Below, one piece after another: positions 9,704-19,879 of a stretch of 64,000 bases of DNA. Origin of the DNA: Candidatus Eiseniibacteriota bacterium (lineage in GTDB: Bacteria > Eisenbacteria > RBG-16-71-46). The notes beneath the pieces were generated by a model. The model saw only the letters and a list, made by a program, of their open reading frames with translations, did not search any database and was not told the DNA's origin. The DNA lies in assembly GCA_963744995.1 (NCBI GenBank), contig CAVUWA010000004.1:160001-224000 (forward strand), given 5' to 3'. Position 1 is the first letter of the stretch. The number at the start of each line of letters is the position of its first letter. The position numbers and the translations under genes are program-made.

Positions 9704-12211
9704 ATGATCGGAACCAGCATCGACCGCTTCCGCATCCTCGGCCGGATCGGCCAGGGCGGGATGGGCTCCGTGTGGAGGGCGGAAGACACGCTGCTGCACC
9801 GGCCGGTGGCGCTCAAGCTGCTCGCCGAAGATCTCGCCGCATCGCCGGCGGCGCGGGCCCGGTTCCTCCGCGAGGCGCGCGCCGCCGCTTCGCTGAGCCA
9901 TCCTCACGTCGCGGCCGTTTACGGCGCCGGCGTTTCGGAGCCGCACGTCTTCATCGCCCTCGCCCTGATCGAGGGCGAAACGGTGGCCGAGTGCGCGGCG
10001 CGCGCGCCGTTCGAGATTCACGATGCCATCCGCCTGGGCATCGCCGTGGCCGAGGCTCTGGGCCACGCGCACAGTCGCGGGGTGATCCACCGCGACGTCA
10101 CCAGTCGCAACATCATGCTCGATCGCAACGGCCGCGTGTTCGTGCTCGATTTCGGGCTCGCGCTCATGGTGGATCACACGCGTCTCACCTCCACGATGAC
10201 GTCCATGGGGACCGCGGCGTACATGGCACCGGAGGCGGTGCTCGGGACCGACGCCGGTCCGGGGGCCGATCTCTACGGGCTCGGGGTAGTGCTGTACGAG
10301 ACACTGACGGGCACGCTGCCGTTTCGGCACGAGCGCCCGGAAGCGCTGCTCTATGCGGCCGTGCATGAGGCGCCCGAACCCCCGGGATTGCGCCGCCCGG
10401 GGCTGCCGCGCGAACTCGAAGCGATCGTGATGCGCCTGCTGGAGAAATCCTCCGAAGCGCGCCACCCGAACGCGGACGCGCTGATCGCCGATCTGCGCGC
10501 CGTGCCGGGGTACGCTCCGGGCGCGCGCGTGGACCACGCGCTCATCGCCTCGGGAACGCGCGCAAGCGCGGTGAGCGTGCGCGATCGTGCGCTGGCGGTC
10601 GTTCCCTTTCGTGATCAATCCGGGGATGACGCGCCGCCGGCGGCGGGCGCCCTGGCGGCAGGGCTTTCGGACGTGGTCCACGCTGCGCTCGCGCGCGCAC
10701 CGGGTCTCGAGGTCATCCCGCTGCAGGGAACAGAGGGGACGCACGACGCGGCGCTCGCCCGGCAGCAGGCACGTGCGATCGGGGCGCGCATGATGCTCGG
10801 CGGATCCGTGCGGCGGCTTGGAGCCCGGGTGCGGCTCGCGTACACGCTGATGGATGTCACGACCGGCACGACCGTCGCCGGCGAGACGATCGACGGGGTT
10901 GCGGACGAGGTGTTCGATCTCGAAGACCGGTTAATCCGAAGCCTGCTCGCCGCACTCGACGCCGGGTCGCGACCGACGGCGACCGGCAGGAAGCCGCACG
11001 ATCCTGCGGCCCACCGGAGCTACGTTCAGGCGCTCGCCGCGCTGCGGAGAACCGACGATCCCGCTTCGGTCGATGCGGCCATCGAGCGGCTCGAGTCGCT
11101 GCGGGATACGCAGCCGGACTCGGCGACGATTTACTCCGCGCTCGGCCGGGCGTACGGGATCAAATATGCGCTTCGCGCCGGACGCGAGTGGGAGATCCGC
11201 GCCGCGGAGGCCTGCCAGCGCGCCCTCGAGCTGGACCCGCATGCGCCCGAAGTGTTCGTGACGCTCGGCGAGCTGCATCTTTCGACCGGGCGCAGCGACG
11301 AGTCCGTTCGTGCGTTCGAACAGGCCATCGAGATCCGGCCGGAGTATCCGGAGGCGTGGTCTGGACTGTCGCTGGCCTTGCTCCGCGCCAACCGGTTCGA
11401 AGATGCCGAGGAAGCCTGCCGCCGCACGATCGCACTGCGGCCCAACGACTGGCTGGGGTACAACCGACTCGGACTTGTCCTGTTCCGGCAGGGACGCTTC
11501 GAGGCCGCGGCGGAGCCGTGGCGGATGGCGACGCGCCTGGCGCCGGACAATTCGCTCGTTCATCTCAACCTGGCCGGCGCCTACTTCAATACCGACCGCT
11601 GGGACGAAGCCGAGGTCCAGTACCGGCGCTCGCTCGAGATCAAGCCGACATCCGGCGCGTGGGCCGGGCTCGGTTCGGTGCTCTATTACAGGGGCGAGGT
11701 CGCGGCGGCGCTCGACGCCTTCGAGCAGGCCGTCGCGCTGGATCCTGACGATGCGCGCATGTGGGGAAATCTTGCGAACGCCTGTGATCTGCTTCCCGGC
11801 CAGGAGGTGCGCGGCGCGGAAGCGCTCGATCGGGCGATCGACCTGATGCTCGATCATCTGGAGATCAACCCCAACCTCGCCGAAGACTGGGCGCTGCTCG
11901 CCAAGTGGCGGGCGGATCGCCGGCAGGTGGAGCCGGCCGTGAAGGCGATCGAGCGGGCGCTCGCGCTTTCTCCCGAGGACGCGTCCGTGATGGGGGAGGC
12001 GATCGTCGTGTACCACACGCTGGGCGACCGGCTGGCCGCGCTGCACTGGACGGGGGAAGCCGTCTCCCGTGGCTACGGCGTCGAGGTGCTCAGGCGCAAC
12101 CCCGCGCTGGCCGGCCTCGTCGCGGATCCGGAATTCGCACGTGTCATCGAAACGCGCTCCGCGACCGCGGGGCGAGAGCAGCACGACCATCCACCGAAAG
12201 GATCGCCATGA
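9704..12211 (+). CDS. Hanks-type protein kinase with TolB-N-like domain and TPR repeats
   Basis: IGQGGMGSVW, VALK, HRDVTSRN, DFG, GTAAYMAPE; many TPR helices in the C-terminal half. Confidence 0.9.
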   Translation: MIGTSIDRFRILGRIGQGGMGSVWRAEDTLLHRPVALKLLAEDLAASPAARARFLREARAAASLSHPHVAAVYGAGVSEPHVFIALALIEGETVAECAARAPFEIHDAIRLGIAVAEALGHAHSRGVIHRDVTSRNIMLDRNGRVFVLDFGLALMVDHTRLTSTMTSMGTAAYMAPEAVLGTDAGPGADLYGLGVVLYETLTGTLPFRHERPEALLYAAVHEAPEPPGLRRPGLPRELEAIVMRLLEKSSEARHPNADALIADLRAVPGYAPGARVDHALIASGTRASAVSVRDRALAVVPFRDQSGDDAPPAAGALAAGLSDVVHAALARAPGLEVIPLQGTEGTHDAALARQQARAIGARMMLGGSVRRLGARVRLAYTLMDVTTGTTVAGETIDGVADEVFDLEDRLIRSLLAALDAGSRPTATGRKPHDPAAHRSYVQALAALRRTDDPASVDAAIERLESLRDTQPDSATIYSALGRAYGIKYALRAGREWEIRAAEACQRALELDPHAPEVFVTLGELHLSTGRSDESVRAFEQAIEIRPEYPEAWSGLSLALLRANRFEDAEEACRRTIALRPNDWLGYNRLGLVLFRQGRFEAAAEPWRMATRLAPDNSLVHLNLAGAYFNTDRWDEAEVQYRRSLEIKPTSGAWAGLGSVLYYRGEVAAALDAFEQAVALDPDDARMWGNLANACDLLPGQEVRGAEALDRAIDLMLDHLEINPNLAEDWALLAKWRADRRQVEPAVKAIERALALSPEDASVMGEAIVVYHTLGDRLAALHWTGEAVSRGYGVEVLRRNPALAGLVADPEFARVIETRSATAGREQHDHPPKGSP

Positions 12212-12705
12212 AGATGCGCACGGAACAAGGCATGCCGGGCGGGACGGACAGCAGGTCCCGCGAGTCGCGCTTCAACCCGACGTGGATGCTGATCGCGCTG
12301 CTGGTGACGCTGGTCTCGATGGCGGTCGGATGCGGCGGCGCGAAGCAGTCGCCGCCGGCCGAGCAGAACGCCATGGATGGGGCAGCGGCCGACGCGACCA
12401 GCCCGATCGCATTGAGCTGGAGCCCGCAGGACAGCTGCGTGAACTTCACTCCCTTGAACAGCACCATCCACCTGGGCGACCGGGTCAACTTCACCTCCAG
12501 CGTGGGCGAGACGGTCTGGGTCACCGTCGCGGCCGGATTGTTCAGCGCGAACGACACCACCTTCGTCGTGACGCGCGGCGGCAACCAGACGTCGCCGATC
12601 GCCCGGGCAGTCGGGACCTATGGACTGAGTTCGAGCCCAACCGCCTGCGCCTCGGACGAGCTGGGCGGCGGCCCGTCGATCGTCGTGGGTTCCGGAGAAA
12701 ACTAG
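12208..12705 (+). CDS. Small lipoprotein, possibly cupredoxin-like fold
   Basis: ATGA overlap with the kinase stop; hydrophobic leader ending AVGC; beta-rich body. Confidence 0.6.
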   Translation: MKMRTEQGMPGGTDSRSRESRFNPTWMLIALLVTLVSMAVGCGGAKQSPPAEQNAMDGAAADATSPIALSWSPQDSCVNFTPLNSTIHLGDRVNFTSSVGETVWVTVAAGLFSANDTTFVVTRGGNQTSPIARAVGTYGLSSSPTACASDELGGGPSIVVGSGEN

Positions 12706-12772
12706 GTCGCCGCAGAACGTCTGGCCGGTACAGACCTGCCCGAGCGCGCGTGCGTTCGGGCAGGGGGCCGCC

Positions 12773-13405
12773 TCAGGCGCGATGGAGAACGCGGCGCCGG
12801 GCCACCAGCACCCAGGCGCGGGCGTCGCCGTGGATGCCCTGATCGAAGCTCGTCGATGTCAGTTCGAGGATCTCGAAGTGGGGCTCCACGGCCGCGACGA
12901 TCTCGCTGGCGCTGCGCCGCGGCGGACCGGTATCACGGGGCGGGCCATCGGTGGAGCCGATGAGGCTGTGCCAGATCCCTTCGGGGGCGAGCAGCGTCGC
13001 GATCCGCGAGGCGAATCGCGAGCGCTCGGCGGCGCCGTCGAAGACGTGAAAGCAGCCGCGATCGTAGACGAATGCGCAGGGCGCGCCGGGGATTTCATCG
13101 GCCAGGAAGTCGCTCGCCAGAAAACGACACGCAACCCCGGACGCCGCGGCCTTCTCATTCGCCCTGGCGATCGCGGTCGGGGAGAGGTCGAGTCCGGTGA
13201 CCTCGAAGCCCTGCTGCGCGAGCCAGATCGAGTTCGTGCCGGTGCCGCAGCCGATTTCGATCGCTTTGCCGGGCTTGATCCCGTGCCGCTCGATCACGCC
13301 CGCGAGGTGCCCGTCCGGCTCGCCACTGTCCCAGGGCAGGTCGTGATCCACGTAACGTTGATCCCAGCCCGCCCGGTCCGTGGGTCGTTTTCGCACTTCG
13401 TTCAC
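12773..13405 (-). CDS. Class I SAM-dependent methyltransferase (TPMT-like)
   Basis: WDQRY...LPWD, EIGCGTG, GLDLS, YDRGCFH motifs. Confidence 0.9.
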   Translation of the reverse strand: MNEVRKRPTDRAGWDQRYVDHDLPWDSGEPDGHLAGVIERHGIKPGKAIEIGCGTGTNSIWLAQQGFEVTGLDLSPTAIARANEKAAASGVACRFLASDFLADEIPGAPCAFVYDRGCFHVFDGAAERSRFASRIATLLAPEGIWHSLIGSTDGPPRDTGPPRRSASEIVAAVEPHFEILELTSTSFDQGIHGDARAWVLVARRRVLHRA

Positions 13406-13591
13406 ACAGCCTCCTTGTCTCCCGTCGCTCCGGGAATGCCGGCGACCCTACCGCATGCCGGCATGTGAGGAGTATCGCTCCCGCGGCCGTCTTGCGTCGC
13501 CGGCCCGTGCGGCGGCGCCGATCGCGTACGGACTGGCAGCGCACGAAACATCCGGGCTAAGGTGACGCTCCTTTCGTCCCGAGACCGACCC

Positions 13592-14897
13592 ATGAGCACT
13601 CATCCCACATCCACCGGCATGGCAGCGCCCCCTGAGCCTCCCACCCGGCTCATGAACCGGAACTTCTTCCTGCTCTGGCAGGGCCAGCTGGTGAGCCAGG
13701 TGGGCAATCAGATGTTCATGGTGGCGATGATGTTCTGGACCATGCACGCCACCGGTTCGGCCAGCCTGATGGGTCTCCTGCTGACCTTCAGCACGCTGCC
13801 GGGCGTGCTGCTCAGCCCGCTGGGCGGAACGTTCGCGGACCGCCATTCCCGCAAGACGATCATCGTGGTCTCCGACGTGCTGGCGGGGCTCAGCGTGCTG
13901 GTCGCGACGCTGCTGTTCTCGATCCGCGGCGTTCCGACCGGAGTCCTGATCGCCGCGCTGTTCGTGCTCGCGGTGGTGGGCGGCGTGATCCAGGCGTTCT
14001 TCCGCCCGGCGATCGCCGCCGCGGTTCCGGACCTGGTCCCCAGGGACCGGATCGAAGCCGGGAAACGCGTTCAACTCGTTCTCGCTCGAGTTCTCCGCGA
14101 TCCTCGGGCAGAGCGCGGGCGGCCTGCTGTACGCATGGCTGGGCGCGCCACTGCTGTTCCTGATCGACGGGCTGTCGTTCCTGTTCTCGGCCGCCAGCGA
14201 GTGTTTCATCGTCATCCCGCAGAAGCCGCGGGCGGCCACGGCGGAAGGCGCGGGACCCGGCACCTTCCGGCGGGATCTGGTGGAGGGTCTGAAGTACGTC
14301 TGGTCGCACCGGGGGATGCGGGAGTTCCTGGTGATGGTCGCCATCGTGAACCTGATGCTGATGCCGATCATGGTGATGCTGCCGTTCTTCGTGGACCTGA
14401 AGCTCCACCAGGGTCCCGCCTGGTACGGCTTCCTGCTGGCCTCGGTCAGCGTCGGCGCGCTGATCGGTTTCGCGATGGCCGGCGCGGCGAGGCTGCGGGG
14501 ACGGCGTCGAAGCCACGCGCTGATCGTCATGCTGGTCGTGCTGGGCGGGGCCTCCGCCGTGCTGGGCTTCGTCCACCACCCGCTGCTCGCCGCCGGCGTG
14601 ATGCTGGTGATGGGGATCCAGACCGGAATGTTCAACATTCAGGTGCTCACCATCTTCCAGACCGCGAGCCCGAGCGAGATCCGCGGCCGGGTCATGGGGC
14701 TCGTCACGACGATGGCGATGGGGATGGCGCCGATCGGCATGGCGGCCGGTGGCGTTCTCGGTGACCTGACGGGGAAGAACATTCCGTTGATCTACGGAGC
14801 GTGCGGCGCCATGGTCGCCCTGGCCGCCGCCATCCTGGGCGTCCGTCGCGAACTGCTCGACTTCCTGGCGTACGAGGCGCCGGCGGAGTCCGAGTAG
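13592..14897 (+). CDS. MFS transporter (macrolide-efflux/H+ antiporter type), one frameshift near 14063
   Basis: NRNFFLLWQGQLVSQVG, GTFADRHSRK, RGRVMG. Removing one A from gggaaacgcg joins the halves (EAGNAFNSFSLEFSAILG). Confidence 0.85.
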
Positions 14898-15097
14898 CGA
14901 GGTCACCGATTTCCGAGCGGGCAGGCTGCGGCCCACCAGCTTCTGCGGCGATGGCCGGGGTCGGTGGCCACGTGGACGCATGACGGGCCATACGTCTTCT
15001 TCGCCGTCCAGAACATCAACGGCGACATGGCCATCTCGATGCGGCACCGCAAGTGTGAATCGACGAACGACGTGCCCGCCCCATGGCGCTCCGGGCC

Positions 15098-18000
15098 CTA
15101 CTTCAAGAGCATGAGCTTGCGCTGGCCGGATCCCTGGGGCGTTCGTGCGCGTACGAAGTACACCCCTGCGGGCACGCTCCGACCCTCGGCGTCGAGACCG
15201 TCCCACACGATGCGATTCTCGCCCGGGGGACGAACGCCGTGCACCAGGGTGATCACACGGCGCCCGTGCACATCCCAGACGCCGACGTCCACCGGACCCT
15301 CGGTGCTCACCGAGTAGGTGACCGTGGTCTCCCGATCGAGCGGGTTCGGAACGACGGACTTCACGATCACCGGCCGCCCGATCGCGGATGGCGCGGGAAC
15401 GGACACCGGGCTCATTGCGCTGCGGCACGCCTCGAGCGTGGGCAAGGCGTAGCTCTGCGTCAGCCACGGCGAGTGCGGGAAGAACGGAGACGCGCCGGCG
15501 ACTCGCGCGCGCCAGGTGTAGGGCGCGTCGTCCACCGGCAGATTCACGGTTCGCTCCAGGGGGACGTAGCTGCCGAGCACGGGGTCTGCGGCGCCGGTGT
15601 CGTGCCACGGCTCGAGTGTTCCGACGTCAGCGTGGGCCGTGCCGAGTTCCGCCACCGACCACTCCAGGCGCACGTGCGTGCGACCGGCCGCGCTGCGACC
15701 GCGCATCGTGAGCCGCATGGGATCGGTGGCGCGCCCCAGAAGCGGAATCGCGTCTCCAGCGTCGGTGACCTGACGCGGGTTCAGGGTCAGTTTCTCGGAC
15801 GGCTGGCTGCCGTTGCTCCTGAACACGAGCACCTCGCCTTCGTCCTGGTTCCAGCCGCTGGCTCCGACGATGACGTCGGGGAGTCCGTCGCCGTCGGTGT
15901 CACCCGCCGTCGCCACCTGGGTTCCCATGTGGACGTCGGTCCCGCCGCCGGTCGCCACGATGAGCCCCGGAAACTGGATTCCAGCGGGCGAACCCATGTA
16001 GAGGAACGCGGCGCCTTCTCTGCTTTCGGGAGCGGTGTACCAGATGGCCGACGTGAGCACGTCGCCGTAGCCGTCTCCGTTGACGTCGCCGGCGCCGGCG
16101 ACCCTGAAGCCGAAGACCGTATTGGTCTGGCTGGTCAACAGGCTGTCGCTCGGGGTGAGCGCCGGCCCGCCGGGGCCGCCGCGGAATATCCACACGATAC
16201 CTTCGCCCCCGAGGCTGTTGGTGTAGCCGGACGCTCCCGCGATCACTTCGGCATACCCGTCTCCGTCGATGTCGCCGGCACAGGCCACGGATTCGAGGTA
16301 GGCATAGGCCTGGCCTCCGACGATCTCCCAGTCGGGGACGAGCGACGGTCCGCCCGGTCCGCCCAGGAACACGTGCACGAGGCCTTCGAAGGGCATGCTG
16401 ACGTAACCATACCCATCGACGATGAGGTCGCTGTAGCCGTCGCCGTTCAGGTCTCCGGCGGCCGCGTCGCGGCCGTAGTACGAGCCGGCGCCGGCCCCTT
16501 CCGACGACCACGCGGGCGTGGAGGGCAGTCCGCTCGGGGACCCCAGGTAGACCCAGGCCTTGCCGATGGCCTGTGCAGGAACGGGCCATTCATCCGTGAA
16601 GATGACGACATCGGCATAGCCGTCACCGTTCACGTCACCTGCGTCCGCGACTCCGGCGAGGAGCTCGCCCGCGTTTTCTCCTTCGACGGTCCATGCTGGC
16701 GTCGAACTCAAGCCCGATGCGGATCCGAGGTAGCAGTACACGCGGCCGCGGTTGGTGAGGTCGACGCTGTAGCCGGCGGCGCTCACCAGCAGATCGTCGA
16801 AGCCGTCGCCATTCACGTCCCCCGCGCGGGAGAGCGACGTTCCGAACCTGTCGCCGGCGCTCTCGCCATCGAGGATCTGCGCCGGCCCTGCGGGCCCGGA
16901 GGGAGAGCCGTAGAACACCTCGACCCGGCCGCGATCGGCGCCGTTCAGGTCGTACTCGAACATGTCGACGGCGATGTCGTCGAAACCATCGCCGTTCAGG
17001 TCGCCGGCGCTGCATGCCGACAGGCCGCAACGCACATCGAACTGCCCCGGCGACTCGATGAACATGTAGGTATTCGCGGGGGGCTTGCCCTGCCCCGGAT
17101 AGATGCGCGCGATCCCTTCGTGCGTCTCGCCGTCGCTCTGGGCCGGAGAGCCGACCACCAGGTCGCCCAGCCCATCGCCGTTGAAGTCGCCGGCGGAGCC
17201 CACCGAGGTGCCCGTCTGTCCGTCGGCCTGCGTGTCCGTGAACCAGATGGCCGGGGAGGCCAACAGTCCGTACGTCACGTCTCCCAGAAAGACGGCGAAG
17301 GCGCCCGTGTCGAGCGTCGGAGTCCGGTCGGCCAGCGGAGCGCCGACGATGACGTCGGCCAGGCCGTCGCCGTTGACATCGCCCGCCGTGAACACCGAAG
17401 CACCGAAGCGCATGCGATCCTGGCAACCGAGCAGCGTCTGAACCGGTGCCGCGGTCGGACCGGCCGGGGATCCCGTATACAAATGAGCGGCGCCGACGGT
17501 GTCCGGATTCACGTAGTAGAACGGGGCGCCGACGACGACGTCCGAATACCCGTCGCCGTTCGCATCCCCCGCCAGCGAGACGGACGTCCCGAACCGGGAG
17601 TGCAGCGCTCCGAATTGATCCCACGCCGGACTGCCCGACACGCCGCTCGCAGACCCCAGGTACACGCGAGCCTCGCCCTGATGACCGAAGGCGCTGCTCT
17701 CGGCGTCCGGCGCGCCGACGATGACGTCATCGTACCCGTCGCCGTCGACGTCGCCGGCGGTGCAGACGGACGAGCCGAAGTGCGCGCCTTTCTGCCCGCC
17801 GACGAATCCCACCTGAAATCCGGTGGAGAGGCCCGAGGCCGAACCCAGGAATACATAGGCCGCGCCCTGCTCCTCGAACAGGGTCCCCGGAGCGCCGATG
17901 CCGGGCGCTCCGACGATCACATCGTCGTAGCCGTCGCCATTGACGTCGCCGGCGGTCGAGACCGACGCGCCGAATCGGGCGAGGGCGACGTCCAGCTCGA

Positions 18001-18517
18001 CGGACCAGCTCGGCGTGCTCGAGAGCCCTGCGGCGGAGCCGAGGTAGACGTAGGCGCGCCCCTCGAGAGATTCTCCGTTCGAATAGCCCGGCTCACCGAT
18101 GAGCACATCGTCGTAGCCGTCGCCATTCACGTCGCCGGCCGTCGAAACCGAAAGGCCATAGAGCGCATCGGTCCCGGTGCCGACCGCGAACCAGTCCGCT
18201 GTGGTCGAGCCCCCGGTCCTCGAGCCCATGAAGAGTTCGACTCGACCCTGGTTCATGTAGACGCCGTCCTTGAGCGGCATGCCTACGAGCACGTCGCTGA
18301 AGCCATCGCCGTTGACGTCACCGGCGGTGCCCACCGCCTGGCCGAACGAGGCATTGGCCTCATTCGACTCGCTCTGCCAGATCGCGGCGCCCATGATGCT
18401 GTAGGGGGCGGGGCCGCCCCCGCTGCATTGGGCCGTGGCCGTGGTCGCGCGGGCGAGGGAGCCGGCGAGCACGGCCATGCAGACGATCCAGAAGCGAATT
18501 CGATGCGTCGTCGGCAT
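15098..18517 (-). CDS. Secreted FG-GAP (integrin-alpha-like) repeat protein with FlgD-like C-terminal tail
   Basis: More than a dozen AGDVNGDGYxDVxVGAP repeats; tail VPNP...DVHGRRV...WDG...PAGVYF; GAGGT RBS before the start at 18517. Confidence 0.9.
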   Translation of the reverse strand: MPTTHRIRFWIVCMAVLAGSLARATTATAQCSGGGPAPYSIMGAAIWQSESNEANASFGQAVGTAGDVNGDGFSDVLVGMPLKDGVYMNQGRVELFMGSRTGGSTTADWFAVGTGTDALYGLSVSTAGDVNGDGYDDVLIGEPGYSNGESLEGRAYVYLGSAAGLSSTPSWSVELDVALARFGASVSTAGDVNGDGYDDVIVGAPGIGAPGTLFEEQGAAYVFLGSASGLSTGFQVGFVGGQKGAHFGSSVCTAGDVDGDGYDDVIVGAPDAESSAFGHQGEARVYLGSASGVSGSPAWDQFGALHSRFGTSVSLAGDANGDGYSDVVVGAPFYYVNPDTVGAAHLYTGSPAGPTAAPVQTLLGCQDRMRFGASVFTAGDVNGDGLADVIVGAPLADRTPTLDTGAFAVFLGDVTYGLLASPAIWFTDTQADGQTGTSVGSAGDFNGDGLGDLVVGSPAQSDGETHEGIARIYPGQGKPPANTYMFIESPGQFDVRCGLSACSAGDLNGDGFDDIAVDMFEYDLNGADRGRVEVFYGSPSGPAGPAQILDGESAGDRFGTSLSRAGDVNGDGFDDLLVSAAGYSVDLTNRGRVYCYLGSASGLSSTPAWTVEGENAGELLAGVADAGDVNGDGYADVVIFTDEWPVPAQAIGKAWVYLGSPSGLPSTPAWSSEGAGAGSYYGRDAAAGDLNGDGYSDLIVDGYGYVSMPFEGLVHVFLGGPGGPSLVPDWEIVGGQAYAYLESVACAGDIDGDGYAEVIAGASGYTNSLGGEGIVWIFRGGPGGPALTPSDSLLTSQTNTVFGFRVAGAGDVNGDGYGDVLTSAIWYTAPESREGAAFLYMGSPAGIQFPGLIVATGGGTDVHMGTQVATAGDTDGDGLPDVIVGASGWNQDEGEVLVFRSNGSQPSEKLTLNPRQVTDAGDAIPLLGRATDPMRLTMRGRSAAGRTHVRLEWSVAELGTAHADVGTLEPWHDTGAADPVLGSYVPLERTVNLPVDDAPYTWRARVAGASPFFPHSPWLTQSYALPTLEACRSAMSPVSVPAPSAIGRPVIVKSVVPNPLDRETTVTYSVSTEGPVDVGVWDVHGRRVITLVHGVRPPGENRIVWDGLDAEGRSVPAGVYFVRARTPQGSGQRKLMLLK

Positions 18518-18784
18518 GCGGCACCTCGGGAGGCCAGTTGCAGTCATGGCGGCGGACGATCGCATGGCGCGCCATCCACCTTCCGAAACAGACAGGTGGG
18601 ACCCGTGGGGAACCGCGGGAATTGTACCAAGCGAAGCGGCGTTCCGAACCAGTATCGACGGGTGCCCCCTGAATACGTGGGGGCTCGCCGAGCGCGATTG
18701 TTGTCTAGGTTTGCGAAGTGAAGTTTTCCGGACCGGCCCGCCACCAGGACACCTGAGTGGAGTGGGCACGGAGGGAGGTGGGTT

Positions 18785-18841
18785 TGGTGCCGGAGGCGGG
18801 GGTCGAACCCGCACTCGGTTGCCCGAACGGGATTTTGAGTC
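18785..18841 (-). repeat. att site: displaced 3' half of tRNA-Leu(CAA)
   Basis: 52/57 identical to 55138-55194; homology stops at the anticodon arm and no 5' half is present. Confidence 0.95.
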
Positions 18842-18959
18842 GGCCAGCCGGGGGTGGACTGGTGGCGGCGAACGGGTACAAGCGGGCACACGTGGCCACG
18901 ATGCGCGAACGCGGTGATGGCGCTTGGTGCCGTTCGAAACCGATGGTGCGCGGTGGTTC

Positions 18960-18978
18960 GAGCACAGAACGAGCACAG
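18960..18978 (+). promoter_or_regulatory. Putative integrase arm-type binding sites (tandem GAGCACAG)
   Basis: GAGCACAG-aac-GAGCACAG ~120 bp inside the left att; matching GAGCACAG-ttt-GAGCACAA near the right att. Confidence 0.65.
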
Positions 18979-19118
18979 GGTGGCTGTCTAGCACCTGGTC
19001 TGCCCACGCGCGCGGGCGCCGGCAGGGCGCCTTCTTCTCTGGATACTGCCGCGCGCAGCCGCTAGATTCGCGACGGCTGCCACACGCCGATCCTATTGAT
19101 CCCCATGAGAGGAAGCGC

Positions 19119-19835
19119 GTGACTCTCCTGACGACTGAGATTCACAACCACGACGACAAGAACAATGCGCTGATCGTCTACGCCGCTGATAGGCGGCTCT
19201 CCCGCTCCGATGGGAGTGCGGGACCCGAGCGCGTCAAGGTGATGCGGATCAGCGGCCTCAACGGCGGGATTGGCTACTTTGGGCTGGCTCAGGTGCCAGC
19301 TGGCACCACCTTGACGTTCATGGACGACTGGCTGGCAGAGTTCATGATCTCGCGACCGTCCTGGGCGTCGCTGCGAGAATTCGCAGCCGCCCTTGCAGTT
19401 GCATTGAACGCCGCCGTTCCGAAGGACTGGCGCGAATCGACAGCCTCAGGGCTCCATGTGGCGGGCTTCGAGCCAGATGGGCGAATCGAGTTTTGGTACG
19501 TGCGGAACATCGATGATCGCGGAGAGCCCACCCTTGGAGGGTATCAGGCGCGCGAGGACTTTCAGCGGGAGCACGCCCCCATGGTGCCCGAGAACGGCTA
19601 CTGGATCTACCGCAACGGTGACATCCGGGCTCATGTTGCAGCGTGGAGCGAGATCGACGAGTCGCTTGGCCGACTTCTGGGAACGCCTCACTTCCGCGTC
19701 CTAAGGACGCCAGCTGATTACGTCGAGTGGGTGAAGTTCAAGATGGAAACGATAGCAGGCTTTTACGAGACGTTCGCAACGCGGTCCATCATAGCGCGCC
19801 CCGTCGATGCCTTCGTGATTACGCCCCAAGTCTGA
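19119..19835 (+). CDS. Proteasome-beta/HslV-like Ntn-hydrolase-fold protein
   Basis: GTG start after GAGAGGA gives Thr directly after fMet; IVYAADRR, Lys 16 residues after that Asp, IGYFG, LHVAGF and C-terminal PVDAFVIT parallel beta-subunit motifs. Confidence 0.6.
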   Translation: MTLLTTEIHNHDDKNNALIVYAADRRLSRSDGSAGPERVKVMRISGLNGGIGYFGLAQVPAGTTLTFMDDWLAEFMISRPSWASLREFAAALAVALNAAVPKDWRESTASGLHVAGFEPDGRIEFWYVRNIDDRGEPTLGGYQAREDFQREHAPMVPENGYWIYRNGDIRAHVAAWSEIDESLGRLLGTPHFRVLRTPADYVEWVKFKMETIAGFYETFATRSIIARPVDAFVITPQV

Positions 19836-19879
19836 GGTCGCTACCTCGGCAGGGTGCGTTTGAATCTAGCGGAGATCTC

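Noticed and set aside
3387..18721. Long antisense or alternate-frame ORFs (e.g. 3387-5945, 8612-10744, 15083-18721)
   Set aside because: Arg/Ala/Gly-rich shadow ORFs overlapping well-supported genes, as expected in high-GC DNA.
18785..18841. Second tRNA-Leu gene
   Set aside because: No D-arm or 5' acceptor strand; it is the att duplication.
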